A stretch of 63,849 bases of DNA, the filler included, from Reticulomyxa filosa (lineage: Eukaryota; Protista; Foraminifera): assembly GCA_000512085.1 (NCBI GenBank). It is 27 parts of 27 records of this genome, joined end to end, with 100 filler letters (N's around TTAATTAATTAA, not from the genome) between each part and the next. Parts side by side here need not be neighbours in the genome. Positions count along the whole stretch, not along the records: positions 1 to 6,697 come from ASPP01011238.1; positions 6,798 to 8,875 come from ASPP01017101.1; positions 8,976 to 10,362 come from ASPP01029411.1; positions 10,463 to 17,803 come from ASPP01011361.1; 23 more parts are not named here. The stretch is one strand, 5' to 3'. This document shows positions 1-12,426 of this stretch, one piece after another (positions within the stretch are counted from its first letter, which is position 1; each line of letters starts with the position of its first letter). A program made the translations under genes and the position numbers. The notes below the pieces were generated by a model. That model searched no databases, was not told the origin of the DNA, and saw nothing but the letters and a program-made list of their open reading frames with translations.

Positions 1-1089
1 AAAAAGAGGAAGAAGAAAAGCAAGACACTGAAGTTTGTTGTTTGTTTGTTTGTTTTTTTTTCTCCCCCACCTATCTTATCTATTTTATCTTTTTCCCCCC
101 CCCCCCCCCCTTCTCTCTTTCTTATTGTCAAAAATACACACAGAGACTTGGAAAGCAGCGATATGTGCAAAAGAAGTTGTTCCAATGGTTTGTGGAGCAA
201 AAATTTGGACTGCCCAAATATTTGGAAAAGTTTGAAAAAGCTGAAGTGTTTGAGGTTGAAATGCTGCTTTTCATTGACGAAGATTTTTTGGAAAAAAAAG
301 TTGAAATGGATAACCCCGTTCATAGAAGAAAGCTGTTCCGAAAAATTGAAGAATTCCAAATTGAATCCAACAAAGTTTTTTTTTTTTTTTTTTTTTTCCC
401 CCCCCTCCTCTAATTTTCGTTTATCCCTTAATCTATCATCCTTTTATGCATATACATATATATTTATATATATATATATGTATGTATATATGTGAATGGA
501 ACAGTTTTTGAATTTCATTGAAAACAATGAAGTGCCACCATTGCATGGAGTGTCGCATGTGTTAAGGGCCAATGGGTTTTTGTCGTGGGAGTTGCTCGGA
601 CATATCATTCATGTGCAAAAAGACTTGTACACGGTGTTGGATATCACAAACAAAGAGATTGTCGAATGTCTGTGGGCGCACTTGGAACAATATAAAAAAG
701 ATATGACCATTCCTTTGCCTATCAAAACGTCGTCCACTCCTTATATGATGACCTCGGCTCATCATTATCATCATGATCACAATCACAATAATAATAATAA
801 TAATAATAATCATCTTTTGCATCATCCCAAGAAAAGTCAGGCGTCGAGCTCTGCAAATGACACGTTCCCTCCTCCTGTCGCTTTCAAAGTATCTCCTCTT
901 GAACCTGCTCTCAACTCGACCTCGTCATCTCTTCCCACACCCAGCGCTCCTGAGTTGCCAAATAACAAAGGCACGGACGAAACTGACAACAGCGACAGCA
1001 ACAACAACAACAAATCACACTCACATCCTTTGGAAGAGGAAGAGTTTGAAGGATTTTATCCCATTGAAGGTGCCACCACTTTTCAATGA
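1..1089 (+). CDS. SAM-domain protein, 5'-partial, spliced (exons ~1-32, 144-374, 505-1089)
   Basis: WFVEQKFGLPKYLEKFEKAEVFEVEMLLFIDEDFLEKKVEMDNPVHRRKLFRKI fits the SAM consensus, and a second SAM-like helical segment follows. GT..AG introns 33-143 and 375-504 are both phase 0 and keep the frame. Confidence 0.7.
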
Positions 1090-2503
1090 GATATTACTTT
1101 AGTGCTGTCTTTTTGTTTTTTTTTTTTTTTTGGTTCAAATGTTTCTTGCGATCAATCTTTTTTTTGTGAGAGTGTTTCAATTCTTTTGGCTTGCAAAAGC
1201 CCCACTCAATGTCAATCCCTTTGGATCTTTCCAATTTTTTACTGGTTTGTTTTTTGCCTTTTTTTTTGGTTCTTTTGGAGGGTGGGACTGTTTTCGAAAT
1301 TTTAACTTCAAAAAACGCAGAGTGAGCCAGCTATTTGGCACTTAGAAATAAAGAAAGTTAGTGCTCAACTTTTTTAATCATTCAACAAAAAAATTATGCC
1401 AAGTATATCTAACTTTTTTTGCATATACTATCTATCACTCTTTACAAAAAGTAATAAAAGAACGGAAAAAAGGAAAATTAAAAAAAAAAGTTTGTGTCAG
1501 GAGGCACATCTTTCGCTTTTTTCATTTCATTTTTCGCTCTTTCCCTTATTTTTGATTAGTATTAGCTTTTCATCAAATTTTGGCTTTATTTTATTTTTTA
1601 ATTAATTTATGTTTATTTGAAAGTAAACTTTTTTATTTTGATGATAAACTTTAGTTTATGCTTACTAACTGCTTTATATAATGTGCTGATATTTTAATAA
1701 GTGTGATATCTCTAGATTTCTTTGGCATTTATTTGAAAGAAATTATTTATTGTTAAATTTAGTTATTATTACAGTTTAGACATTAAAATTACACTATCTT
1801 CAGCTACTTTTGCAAAAATAAAACATTGATGAAAAAACTATAATGTTTTGTCGGCAAGTTCTTTGAAATTCCTGACAGTTTACTCCTCAAAAAGACTATG
1901 CAGATTTACAAAAACTTGATTGTATTTTTCAAGAAACTTTAAAAATTATTATGGCACATTTGAATTTTCGTTTTATGTTTCATATATCGTAATGAAAGAA
2001 GATATGACAAGGCAAACGATTTTTCGAACAAACATCAGTAATTGTGCCGCATTTATTTCAAAATAAAATGTGATAAATATTTTGGATAATTTTCTTCACA
2101 AACACAACCATCTCTCTTATTTTATTCTTTCTTTGTCTTGTTGTAATTATTTGTTATTATTTACTTTCTTTTTACTGAACTTGTATTCAGAACTAAGTCC
2201 CTTTCGTATTACACTTAGTCTTATTCAATGTTTCCACAATCACGGATAGTGTATCAGTTGTAAACGGCATAAGGATACAACAGAAAAAAAAAAGCACTAA
2301 AAACTTGACTCATTGAATTTTGTGAAAATGAAACTCTTAATTGCTGTAATTTTGATTATTTTGCTGCACATAATACGCTTTTACTGCAGACACAAAAAAA
2401 TATGTCAATAAAGTGCAGAAAAGGGGACATGATGTGATAAAAAAACTATACCAACAGATGTTGTTTTGCATCATTGTTTGAATGAAGACTTATATATTTC
2501 TTC

Positions 2504-2745
2504 ATACCTTCTCGGCCTTTTGGCTAAGATCAAGTGTAGTATCAGTTCTTCTCAGCCTGATCTCTGAGATTAGGAACTATTTGTTTCTAAACAGTTGATT
2601 AGGATGATTTCTTGAGCCAAACTTCACTGTGATCTACATACAAAAGGGCTTGCTCTTTTGTAGATTTACAACTCAAATAAATTTCGATTTGTTTGGGCTA
2701 GTTGAAGTGGTGATCTTAGTATTGCAGTATCTCTAGGTATCGCCG
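2504..2745 (+). ncRNA. U2: U2 spliceosomal snRNA (expanded 3' half)
   Basis: 5' ATACCTTCTCGGCCTTTTGGCTAAGATCAAGTGTAGTATC matches the U2 consensus, including the GUAGUA branch-site recognition sequence (2536-2541). Also present: stem IIa TCTCAG/CTGAGA, stem IIb, Sm-like AUUUCUUG (2607-2614), stem III loop GCTTGC and stem IV loop ATTGCAGTA (2721-2729). The 3' end is approximate. Confidence 0.95.
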
Positions 2746-3167
2746 GTGAATTTTTATTCACCACACTAATTATTTGTTTCAATCATAAAGATTATTTTTT
2801 TGATAGTTCTAAATGTAGAGCATTTATTTTCTTTCATTTTTGCATTTTTACTAAATATAGATAATTGTGGGAAATTTATTCTGTAGAAAATAAGTCAAGA
2901 AGGTTTATGTAAATACATTACTTTCGTAAATATAGTTCTCGATTGGTTAATTCAAGAGAATAGTATATTCGAGATTAAAGTTATTTCAATCAATGCGAAA
3001 ATACAGTAGAATAAAAAAGAAAGTTGAAAATTTCTTTTGAAAAATATATACAAATCGAATTTTTAAATCATTTTTTTTATTTTATCTTTCGAAATTTTTT
3101 CAAAAATTTGAAATTTAAGTATTTTGTAAAATACAATGCAAAAATTTTTTTTTGTGGAAAAACAAGA

Positions 3168-4526
3168 CTAACCCCAAATACGAATAAAACCACTGAATGA
3201 ACCATAGCATAAATTAACACTACAGTCAATGCCATGATGTCTTTTCTTTTTTAACTGCAGAAATTTGAGACAAGATATTCCACCATCTTCTCTTTTTTCA
3301 TTGAATCACATACAATTCATTCTTATTTGATCGAATATCCCAAAAGCGAATTGTTTTATCGCTGATCCAGAACATATCACATTTGAATAAATACCAGCTT
3401 CAATATTGTTTACTACAAATGGCGAATATTCAACAGCATACACATTACTTGTATGTCCATTGAACATTTGAATTTGTTGACCAGATCGAATATCCCATAA
3501 ACGAACACTTTTATCATCTGATCCGGATAATATCGTATTTTTTGATTTGCTTGACTCATATTTTACACTATTTACTGTTTTTTCATGTCCATTGAGTAAA
3601 TTCAATTGTTTGGTTGTTTCAATATCCCATATTCGAATGGTATTATCCCATGACCCAGAACAAATTGTATACCCATTACCACCAATCACACCAATATTAT
3701 TACTTTTATTATCATTTTTGTTATTATTTTGTACTGGAGAAATATCAACACATCGAACACTACTCGCATGCCCATAGAAAACATGTAATGCTTTTGATGT
3801 TTCAACATCCCATAAACGAATAGCAGTGTCAATAGATCCAGAACACAAGTATCTACCACCATTAAAGGGTGAAAATTCAATACAATAAACACCATAAATA
3901 TGTTGATCGAATAATTGCAATTGTTGGTTATTTTTGATATCCCAAAAACGAATGGTTTTGTCCCATGATGAAGAGCAAACGACATTAAGACGATGATTAT
4001 GATAATGATATTGTGAAAATTTTACACAATTCACACAATCTGAATGTTCACTGAATGATCGTATTTGTTTTTTTGTGTCTACATTCCATACACAAACTGT
4101 ATTATCATTTGATGCAGAACAAATAAATTGGCTTCCATCAAATGTTGAATAATCAATACTATTTACACACATAGTGTACCCACCGAATGTCTTAAGTAAT
4201 TTAGATGAGGAACGAAACGTATCAAATATGAAAAGAGTTTTTGCCTGTGTTAAAAAATATTTGAACATTTGATTGATATTAAATGAGAATAAAAAAAAAA
4301 CATACATAATTGATAACCAATTTGTCAAATTCATGGATCCATCCTAATTGAATGTTTAATATTCGAATCCAATGTTGAATAATTATCTTAATTTCTTTTT
4401 CTGCTGACAGATTTATCTTAAATCACAATTACATTTTAAAGAACATTAGTTCTGAAGGATAGTGTTGATTGAACTTACCACTGGCAGTTGTGTTGAAGTC
4501 ACTTTTTTACTGATATAATTTCCCAT
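3168..4526 (-). CDS. WD40-repeat protein (expanded family), spliced, with a frameshift near 3360 (pseudogene or sequencing error)
   Basis: Multiple GH..SxDxTIRLWD repeats in ORF 3306-4334. Upstream exons read MGNYISKK.. and IIIQHWIRILNIQLGWIHEFDKLV. The family C-terminus NLCYGS..IRIWG* lies in another frame and ends at 3168. Confidence 0.85.
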
Positions 4527-5415
4527 TATCTTCAGTTATCTTTTCTCTTGAGTTTCTCTCTTAGATGACAAGGAAACCGGGGCTTGTCAAAAACTACAAC
4601 GTTCTGTAAAGACTTGGTACAATTTTTTAGTTTGTGGTCGCAATCTCTCTTGAAAGCCATTGTCTTTTAAGTGGAAATTTAATCTTGCATGTCATGCGCT
4701 TCTCAATGTAAAATAGAAAATAAATTATTTTTTCATTATTGAGGAAGAAAAAATGAGAATACGAGCCAGCTGTTACAATAAAAGCTAAGTTTATGAGAAT
4801 TTGTTATAAAAAAACACTTTGTTATTATAATGCTTTCCAATTATCCGATGTTCAATAAATAACTATAAGCATCTCAATGGACGTTCCTTTATTACGTGTT
4901 ATACATCTGATAGATAAATTACAATCTACAATATTCTGTTGAAAAAGATATTTATACATGGTTCCTATACTTTTTTCATAATTGTGGCAAAGGATTAAAT
5001 ATAAGAAACTTGATGTCAGTACAACTTTGAGTAATTTTTAATACAACGAGTAGATAGAAATTTACAAAGAATAGACATATTTAAAGATGATATCACTTAT
5101 ATTTAATTGCGCTTTTTAATGGATGTATATAATTATCTTATTCACTCAATATTGCAACACAATCATGCAATGAACAGGGTAAAGTGTTTTGAAATGTCAT
5201 CCATTTATTTTCTCGAATTGAATACCCCTTTTAAAAAATGAAAGAGATATTTTACATTGACATTTTTTATTTGTGATAAAACACAAAAAAAATTGAACAT
5301 AATTTGAGCAATGGAAATTGAAATGCATAAAAAGTTAAATTATTGTATCGAAACTTTCAGTGAAAAAGTAATATCATTTACTAAACATTGTTATCTATAA
5401 ACTAACACTGAGTTT

Positions 5416-5943
5416 TGTAAAAATATTATTCAATAACCAAGTTTTTTTTGGTGCTTTGGAAAGAGTAACAAATGGGCTGCTCGAAATGATTTACAGATCC
5501 TTGTGATTCTCAATAGTCACTAAGGAGAAGTCATTTTTCCGTAAGGCTTCGTTATAAGATAAACTTTATTTGGAAAAACACTGATTGCGGTCTAACTTTG
5601 TCATACAGCAGCATTTTTTCACCGGAATTTCACCAAACAATAGACAATAGTTTGTACTAACGTCCTGAATTGGTTTGGACACTTCATTTTATTTTTTATT
5701 TTTAGACTTTGAAATTAGTGGTCATTTTACGTGATTTTTGATAGTACCCAAGCATTCTCTTTCCAATGTGAAAATACTATTCCATAACCAAGTTTTTTTT
5801 TGGTGCTTGAAAAAAATAAAAGGGAAAGAAAAAGAAGGAAAACCAAAAAGAAATAGTTTGTTCTAGGTGGCGCCAATGGGCGCCGCCTATTAAACTTTTT
5901 CTTTTTCGATTTTCCTTCTTTTTCTTTCCTTTTTATTTTTTTA
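5416..5943. repeat. Dispersed non-coding element: one ~350-bp unit, a repeated unit start and a long GC-core hairpin
   Basis: TAACCAAGTTTTTTTT(T)GGTGCTT occurs at ~5435 and ~5785. Boxes ACTGATTGCGGTCTAACT (5580) and TTTCACCGGAATTTCAC (5617). Inverted repeat 5810-5942. Homologous to 10108-10362 and 40793-42029. Confidence 0.85.
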
Positions 5944-6697
5944 ATGTGATCTGTTATATTTTGATAGTGTTAATGTGTGCCGTTAAAAATTTATTTTGCT
6001 ATTATTAATTTTTTTGGAATAGATTTGTATGTTGTATTTGAATATTTTGAACAATTTTTATTTTGACAAAATTTATTAGACTTTTAGTTTTTTATTTTTT
6101 TTACTCATTTGATATTGCTTTGATTTCAGTTTGAATCAAAACTTTTTTTTTGCATTGTCCAAGCTTACACGATTTGGACGTCGAATCGAATATAATATAA
6201 TTTTAAAAAAACTTCAATTTTTTTTTTCATTTTACAACTGAGCTTTGGCAGCAGAACATAAAAAATTGAGGAATAAATCTTGTCATTAATGAATTCACAA
6301 AATAAATTGAATAATTCCTTTATCAAAATGTATAGTTGTTACACAAACGCTTTTTAAAGACATTACTTTGCCAAAAACGAATATCAACAATACTCAGCGG
6401 CTCAAATGCGATTACTCTTGCAAGACGTTCCGTTCACCTTCTTTATTTTTTGATTCTGTCACTGGCTTTGTTGCTCAAACTAAATTAACATCTATTTTAA
6501 AATTACCTTTCGCTTTGTCGTTCAATTTGACTAAACATTAGCAATGATGCTTTACACTCTCAAATACCTCAAGCTATACTGTTTCCACGCGAAAAGACTA
6601 CAAATTTTTAATTTAAAAAACATTTTCATGTTTCATTTAGAATGCTGACGCCAAATTCAAAACAAAGTGAGTCAATTGAACCACAATATAAAACTCA

Positions 6698-6797
6698 NNN
6701 NNNNNNNNNNNNNNNNNNNNNNNNNNNNNNNNNNNNNNNNNTTAATTAATTAANNNNNNNNNNNNNNNNNNNNNNNNNNNNNNNNNNNNNNNNNNNN
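6698..6797. other. Artificial contig linker N44-TTAATTAATTAA-N44. First of 26; the others start at 8876, 10363, 17804, 22096, 23544, 24849, 28013, 30004, 31271, 32745, 34547, 37920, 40693, 42258, 44105, 45335, 46921, 48128, 50231, 52783, 54951, 56843, 58096, 59853, 62518
   Basis: Identical 100-bp block with a palindromic core giving stops in all six frames. Gene content and GC change abruptly across each linker. Confidence 0.98.
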
Positions 6798-6912
6798 ATA
6801 TATATAGTATAATATAATGTATATTATATGTAATATATATATACATATATATTTGTATCCATGTTTATGTGTGCCTGCATAAATACATGTACTTTAGTAA
6901 CGCTACGTGTGA

Positions 6913-7590
6913 AAGGCAAAAAAGAATTGTCGTCGACCACTACTTCAACTACCAAGTCACAACACTCCAAACCTTTGGCTCGGGAACCCAGAGCCCAAAG
7001 TGACGTCCCCAAAAGCAAAGCCAAAGGTGAAGCGCCCAACTCTCTTGTCAATCCTGGCGCTATTCGCAACTCCGATCTGGAAGGCATTCATCACCAAATA
7101 GCAAATCAACATACAAAGGTGAAAATGATGATGATGATGATGACGATGAAGAAGATAATCTGGATGGGGAGAATCGGCTCGACAAAAGTCCAAGTCTTTC
7201 CCAGGAAAAGTCATCCCAAAAAGCGTCCATGAGAAAACAACCAAATTCGCAAAACTGCTCATCAATCCCCTGCTGTTCAACTCAGCAGTGCTCAAAGAAA
7301 AGCGCCATCGCCACCGGTCAAAGCCAAGAGTTCAAAATATATATATATAATATCGCTCTCTTTCTTTCTTTCTTTCTACTTACCACATTATTGTTTCCAT
7401 ATTTGTACACAATAAAGGCGAAACTGACAACACCGCCGATGACGATGTCATGGATGAAATGTTGCATGAAACTCCGGGAGAGACTGCCAGTGGACCTCAA
7501 GTCGAGTTCAATCAGCTCAGAGGACAAAGGGGTCAAACCTTGGCCGAAAATGAACGCGATGTTAATGTTGATGATTTGTACGATAGTTGA
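6913..7590 (+). CDS. Hypothetical low-complexity acidic protein, 3' part (exons ~6913-7316 and ~7418-7590; frameshift near 7117)
   Basis: Coding-like composition between AT-rich introns. Reads ..GENDDDDDDDEEDNLDGE.. and ..GETDNTADDDVMDEMLHETPG..DDLYDS*. No family recognised. Confidence 0.45.
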
Positions 7591-7856
7591 AACAGTCTTT
7601 TTTTTTTTTTTTTTTTTTAAAAAAAAAAGGGTTTGGTTTGGATTAAGCAAGAAATTTAATTTTTTACTTTTGTTTTTTTTTTTGTTTATTCCCACAGACG
7701 TCTGTGGTAGTGTAAAAAGTTTTTTTGTCGGCAGAGAAGTCTGCAAAACAAAAAGAATACAATCATTGCTGTACATAAATCGACCTTTTTCGTCACCAAA
7801 AAAAAAAATTTTGCTCCACTCCCTTTTCTCATCTTCGTTCATCAATTCCCGATATT

Positions 7857-8875
7857 ATGGATCCAAAACAAAATTTCGAGCAACTAAAAAATCTACATAA
7901 TTTAGATGATGGATCATTGACTGTGTGGGAAATAATAGAATCATTAGTGCCACATAAATCGGAAGACGGTTTGGTGTGGGTGTACAACGACTCGATGCTG
8001 ATACTGTTGTGGTACGTAATCTTTATTATATCGCCATTGCTACTCCCAACATCTCCTCACCAGTCATTGTCGCAAATATCATTTCCATCGTTGTTGGTGT
8101 TGAGCTTTCGACACACATTTCCCTTTGTGCTCGTATTGGTGGCCAATGTGATTCCATGGTATTTGCAAGCGCCATTGTTCCGAGGCGTGTACGGTTTGGT
8201 CAGCATCACACACACATTACGATTGATCCAGTTACGAAATATGTTATGGCCATCGCCATTTTTGGATATTTTTGCTTCGCAATCACGCATACCCACAATA
8301 GGTAGTGGCGAAGCGACCAAATTGTGTGCGAAATCGCACTTTGCAAATCATCATAGCACTAACATTAATCATAGTGACAATAATAATAATAACAACAATA
8401 ATAATAATAATAATAATAATAACAATAAAATAATGAATAATGGGATATTGTCAGTCGAATCGGATGACGAAGGAACGGAACAACAGCACTTATTACGTAC
8501 ACATGGCCATCATGGAACGGATATAGGAAATGCTAAAAATGGACATCCCATTTCTTCTGCTTCTGCTGCTTCTTCTTCTTCTTCTTCTTCTTCTTCTTCT
8601 TCTTCTGCTGCTGTTTCTCCTTTGGTGACTGGTGCGAGCCCATCTCCAGCGTTCAATGAACAACTGTTTTCAAAGAAATACGGACTGTGGATGCGAATTG
8701 CGTTTGTGCATTTCTTCCACGATTTACGGAATGCCTTTCCACGACATCGCAATTATCTGTTCTTGGAACTCTTGAGAAACGTGTCTCTGAACGCGAGTAT
8801 TATTTGCATCGTCAGCATTTTGTCCAGTATCGTTACTGTTCAATCCATCAATGTTTTTTCGTCATCATCATCATC
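7857..8875 (+). CDS. Polytopic membrane protein, 3'-truncated by contig end
   Basis: Long open ORF with several hydrophobic segments and poly-N/poly-S linkers. No family motif recognised with confidence. Confidence 0.6.
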
Positions 8876-9420
8876 NNNNNNNNNNNNNNNNNNNNNNNNN
8901 NNNNNNNNNNNNNNNNNNNTTAATTAATTAANNNNNNNNNNNNNNNNNNNNNNNNNNNNNNNNNNNNNNNNNNNNTGTTGACATTTTTTTTAATAAATAA
9001 AATAGTAAGTTGTTTTTGAGCACTTGCAAACTGACCCGTCCATATCACAATATATCCCCGCGCGAAGCAGGCAACTCAAGGTCAGCAACATGTCGAGCAA
9101 TCCCAGATATCGGTCGCTGACAATCTACTTACAAGAACCTTTTTCCAAACAACAGGTATCGTAAAACCACAGACTATCACTGACTCAATAGAAATTATCA
9201 ACAGCAAAGAAAGAGTAGTGGACCCAAGTGTATCATGTACTTTGTATAAAGCTAATGCTACTAGTGACATCACTAGTTCTTTCGCACCAAAGAAACTCTG
9301 GCAACCAATCGTCACAATTATGACGCATTTGCAAGAAACAGCATCAGATCACAAGTCAACTTTGAATATGAATTGTTTTGGTGTTTGCTCCGACAGTAAA
9401 CTTACATCTTCGTCATGGTC

Positions 9421-9790
9421 GTGATGCAATAGGGCATCCCCTTCAAGACATATGCACTAATTGAGAATATTAATTTAAGTGGAACAAGGAAACAGTACAT
9501 CAAAATCTCCAACAATATATTATCCACAAGATCCGGAACCACACTACGAGCAGGCGACCACTACATCTTTGATAAGGCCTTCGGCCCATCGGCAGACCTC
9601 AAAGAAGCTATTCCACAAATTAACGGTCCAACAGTTGCAATAGCTCTAGATAATAACTCCGCATGGTCTGCATATATGGTAAACCATTTGCACCGGGCCT
9701 GCCACCGATAAGATATATCTTTACTCCGACAACACAAGCCATAGTGGGTGAATTGTTCAGAAGCACTCGAGCACTAACCATTTTGTTAAA
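9421..9790 (+). pseudogene. Degenerate kinesin-motor-like fragment
   Basis: Translation YIFDKAFGPSADLKEAIPQINGPTVAIALDNNS / (frameshift) MVCIYG resembles the kinesin FxFDxVF..pLV..vL.GyN.tifAYG segment. The P-loop GKT is absent, and there are stops and frameshifts. Confidence 0.3.
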
Positions 9791-10107
9791 TATCACGACA
9801 ATCAAATTTTACAACACAAATGTAACAAAAAAATTTGCATACGACTATTAAACGATGCTAACATCAACACAATCTCCAACAATAAAAAAAAAGCCACTAG
9901 TCAATCAACCAATTAAAGCCATCCAAAAAAAGTATTGATAATATCACAGACTTTGAAAAAGCACTTGTAGATATTAAAAAAATTTCATTACCAACTCCAA
10001 TTTCAACATCGGAACACTCGCCACCATCAGGCCATACAATATTCAAATGTCAATCTGTCAAAACTTCGTTGACAATAACCATAGATCTCTCAAATTCAAA
10101 ATACTTT

Positions 10108-10362
10108 CATTCTCTTTCCGAGGTGAAAAGGATATTTACCACCCAACTTTTTTTAAGGTGTTTTGGAAGGAACAATAGATAGGCTGTTAGAAATGCTTCG
10201 TAACTCCTTGGGATTCTCAATAGCGCCATATGAGAAGTCATTTTTCCAAAATGCTTCTTTAAAGTACACTTTTTATTGCAAAAATACTGATCGCAGTCTA
10301 ACTTTTTCAAAAATCAAAGTTATTTCACCGGAATTTCACCAATCGATTGGCAAATGTTTGTT
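10108..10362. repeat. Partial copy of the ~350-bp boxed repeat unit, cut by contig end
   Basis: CATTCTCTTTCC (shared with ~5753), GATTCTCAATAG, GAGAAGTCATTTTTCC, ACTGATCGCAGTCTAACT (10286) and TTTCACCGGAATTTCAC (10323) are collinear with 5416-5680. Confidence 0.85.
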
Positions 10363-10462
10363 NNNNNNNNNNNNNNNNNNNNNNNNNNNNNNNNNNNNNN
10401 NNNNNNTTAATTAATTAANNNNNNNNNNNNNNNNNNNNNNNNNNNNNNNNNNNNNNNNNNNN

Positions 10463-12385
10463 TCATCATCATCATCATCCTCATCCTCATCATCATCTTC
10501 ATCGTACTCATCAACGTTGGGAAACCGTGTCGACATTGATTATGTGAGCATTGATTTGAATACATTATGTCAACGCTGTTGGGACGACTTGTCCTCCGTC
10601 TTTGCGCTGTCTTCGTATGTGAAATGGAAGCCAGGAGATGCGAATGGAGAGCAGGCCACATCGACGAAAATGATGCATACATTGGAGCGATGCAAAAGTG
10701 ATGCTCCTGCCTTGGACTACTTGCTGCCGCAATTGAATATGCAGCACTCGATAAACGGGACGATCAAGTTGATTAGCAGCATCGGTTTGCAAGCCAATCA
10801 CAACTTCGAAGAGTGTATCAACGCAATCTATTCGACCATGTCTGACGAAATCCAACGCTTGTTCCTTGAGTCGCAAAAACATCAAAATAAGGCTGAGAAA
10901 CATAAAGAAACTGTCGCTGTCATTTTGCAAAAATTAAAAATATACATTTCCATTATGGTACCTAGATTTTTTTTTGTCATCAATCATCATCTTCAAAAGA
11001 ACGACTTTGAATCAATCTCGAAACCAATACCTTCTTTGCTTCACATAAAATTCCCTTGCATCAATTCTTGCTCGATTACCAAACCCACTTTGGCGACATG
11101 TTGGTATTCCCTTCGCATTGGCACGTGCAAGAACGAAACCCTCGCTACTACTTGAACAGCATAGACCCGCTACGCGTGGATACCATTTCGAGCAGCTCGT
11201 TGTTGGCGACGATTCTCAAAGGCTTGGGCTGTCCCGTCCGAGTCACCAAGACTGAGAACTACCGTCCCAACGTTTGGAAAGTCGAACCGACCATTCGTCT
11301 CACGTCTTCATTCTTTCGTTTGAGAGACACCATCCGCAAGTCAGGTGAGTTTTCAACTTTTTTTTTTGTCTGTCTATGTGTGTATGTGATGTGTTCTTAC
11401 TTGACTCCTTTTTATATAGATACATATATAAATATATATATATATATATTTATATATTTATATATTTACATATTTATATATTTATATATTTATATGTAAA
11501 GGATGGAGCCATGACATTGAAAAAGACTTAGGATTGACCCACTTCCGAACGAAGGTACTCGACACGATAAGTCAGTATTACAACGGAGCCAGTGTGGAAA
11601 AGGACGATTTGAGCGAATCGACTCACAAAGGTGATAGAAGATGGGCGAGAAAGTCGGAGGGACCAAATGTGATGAATTTGTCAGGCCCGCCTTTGTATAA
11701 CCGCCAATTCGCGCAGACCGTGCAAGGCATAGTCAATGATCAAATCAATGATCCCGTGGCGATTGAAGACCGGTTTCGACAATTGCTTTCGCGCCCTGTT
11801 TTCGCCGTGTGGGGAGTCCTCAAAATCTTTGAGTCACTCTCGCAAGAACAAATCGACAACATTCCTGATTATATCCTTCGGCACATTTGTGAAAACTTTT
11901 ATTTACGAGGGTATGCATACATACACATATACGTATACATACATATATGTACACACATTCACATAAACACACGTTTCGCATCTGCCTCTTGTTCTTTGCT
12001 ACTATAAACTGTTTACAGCATACGTGTACATAATATCAGGAATTATTGTTGGAATTGATTCAAACACATATACAATAGCGAAAAAAGCTATGTCCACAAG
12101 TTGCTCATGGTTTGGATGCCACAAAAATTGTCGAAACGCTTTGATCTGTACTCCCTTCTTTGCACCGTCCATGTTCAGGCGCAAGATTCGAAAAATGCCG
12201 TGGAAGTATACCGACATATGCTGCAATTGCTGAGTCCGGACAAAAGAAATGAGTTTGGAGATATACCCGAACATCTCATCCCTCACGTCCATAACAATTT
12301 CAATTCGTTGGTCTCTTTGCTTGTTGAATCCGGGCAATTCACGCTTTTTGAAAGCGTCTTAGAAGAAGTTTATTATTTATTATTA

Positions 12386-12426
<41 letters not shown>

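Noticed and set aside
2743-2750. CCGGTGAA at the U2 3' end is complementary to the repeat box TTCACCGG
   Set aside because: Only 8 nt, which is compatible with chance, and there is no further complementarity.
10163-10362. Protein-coding interpretation of the boxed repeat (ORF ..ISPEFHQ..)
   Set aside because: The homologous units at 5.5 kb and 41 kb contain stops and frame-breaking indels in the equivalent frame.
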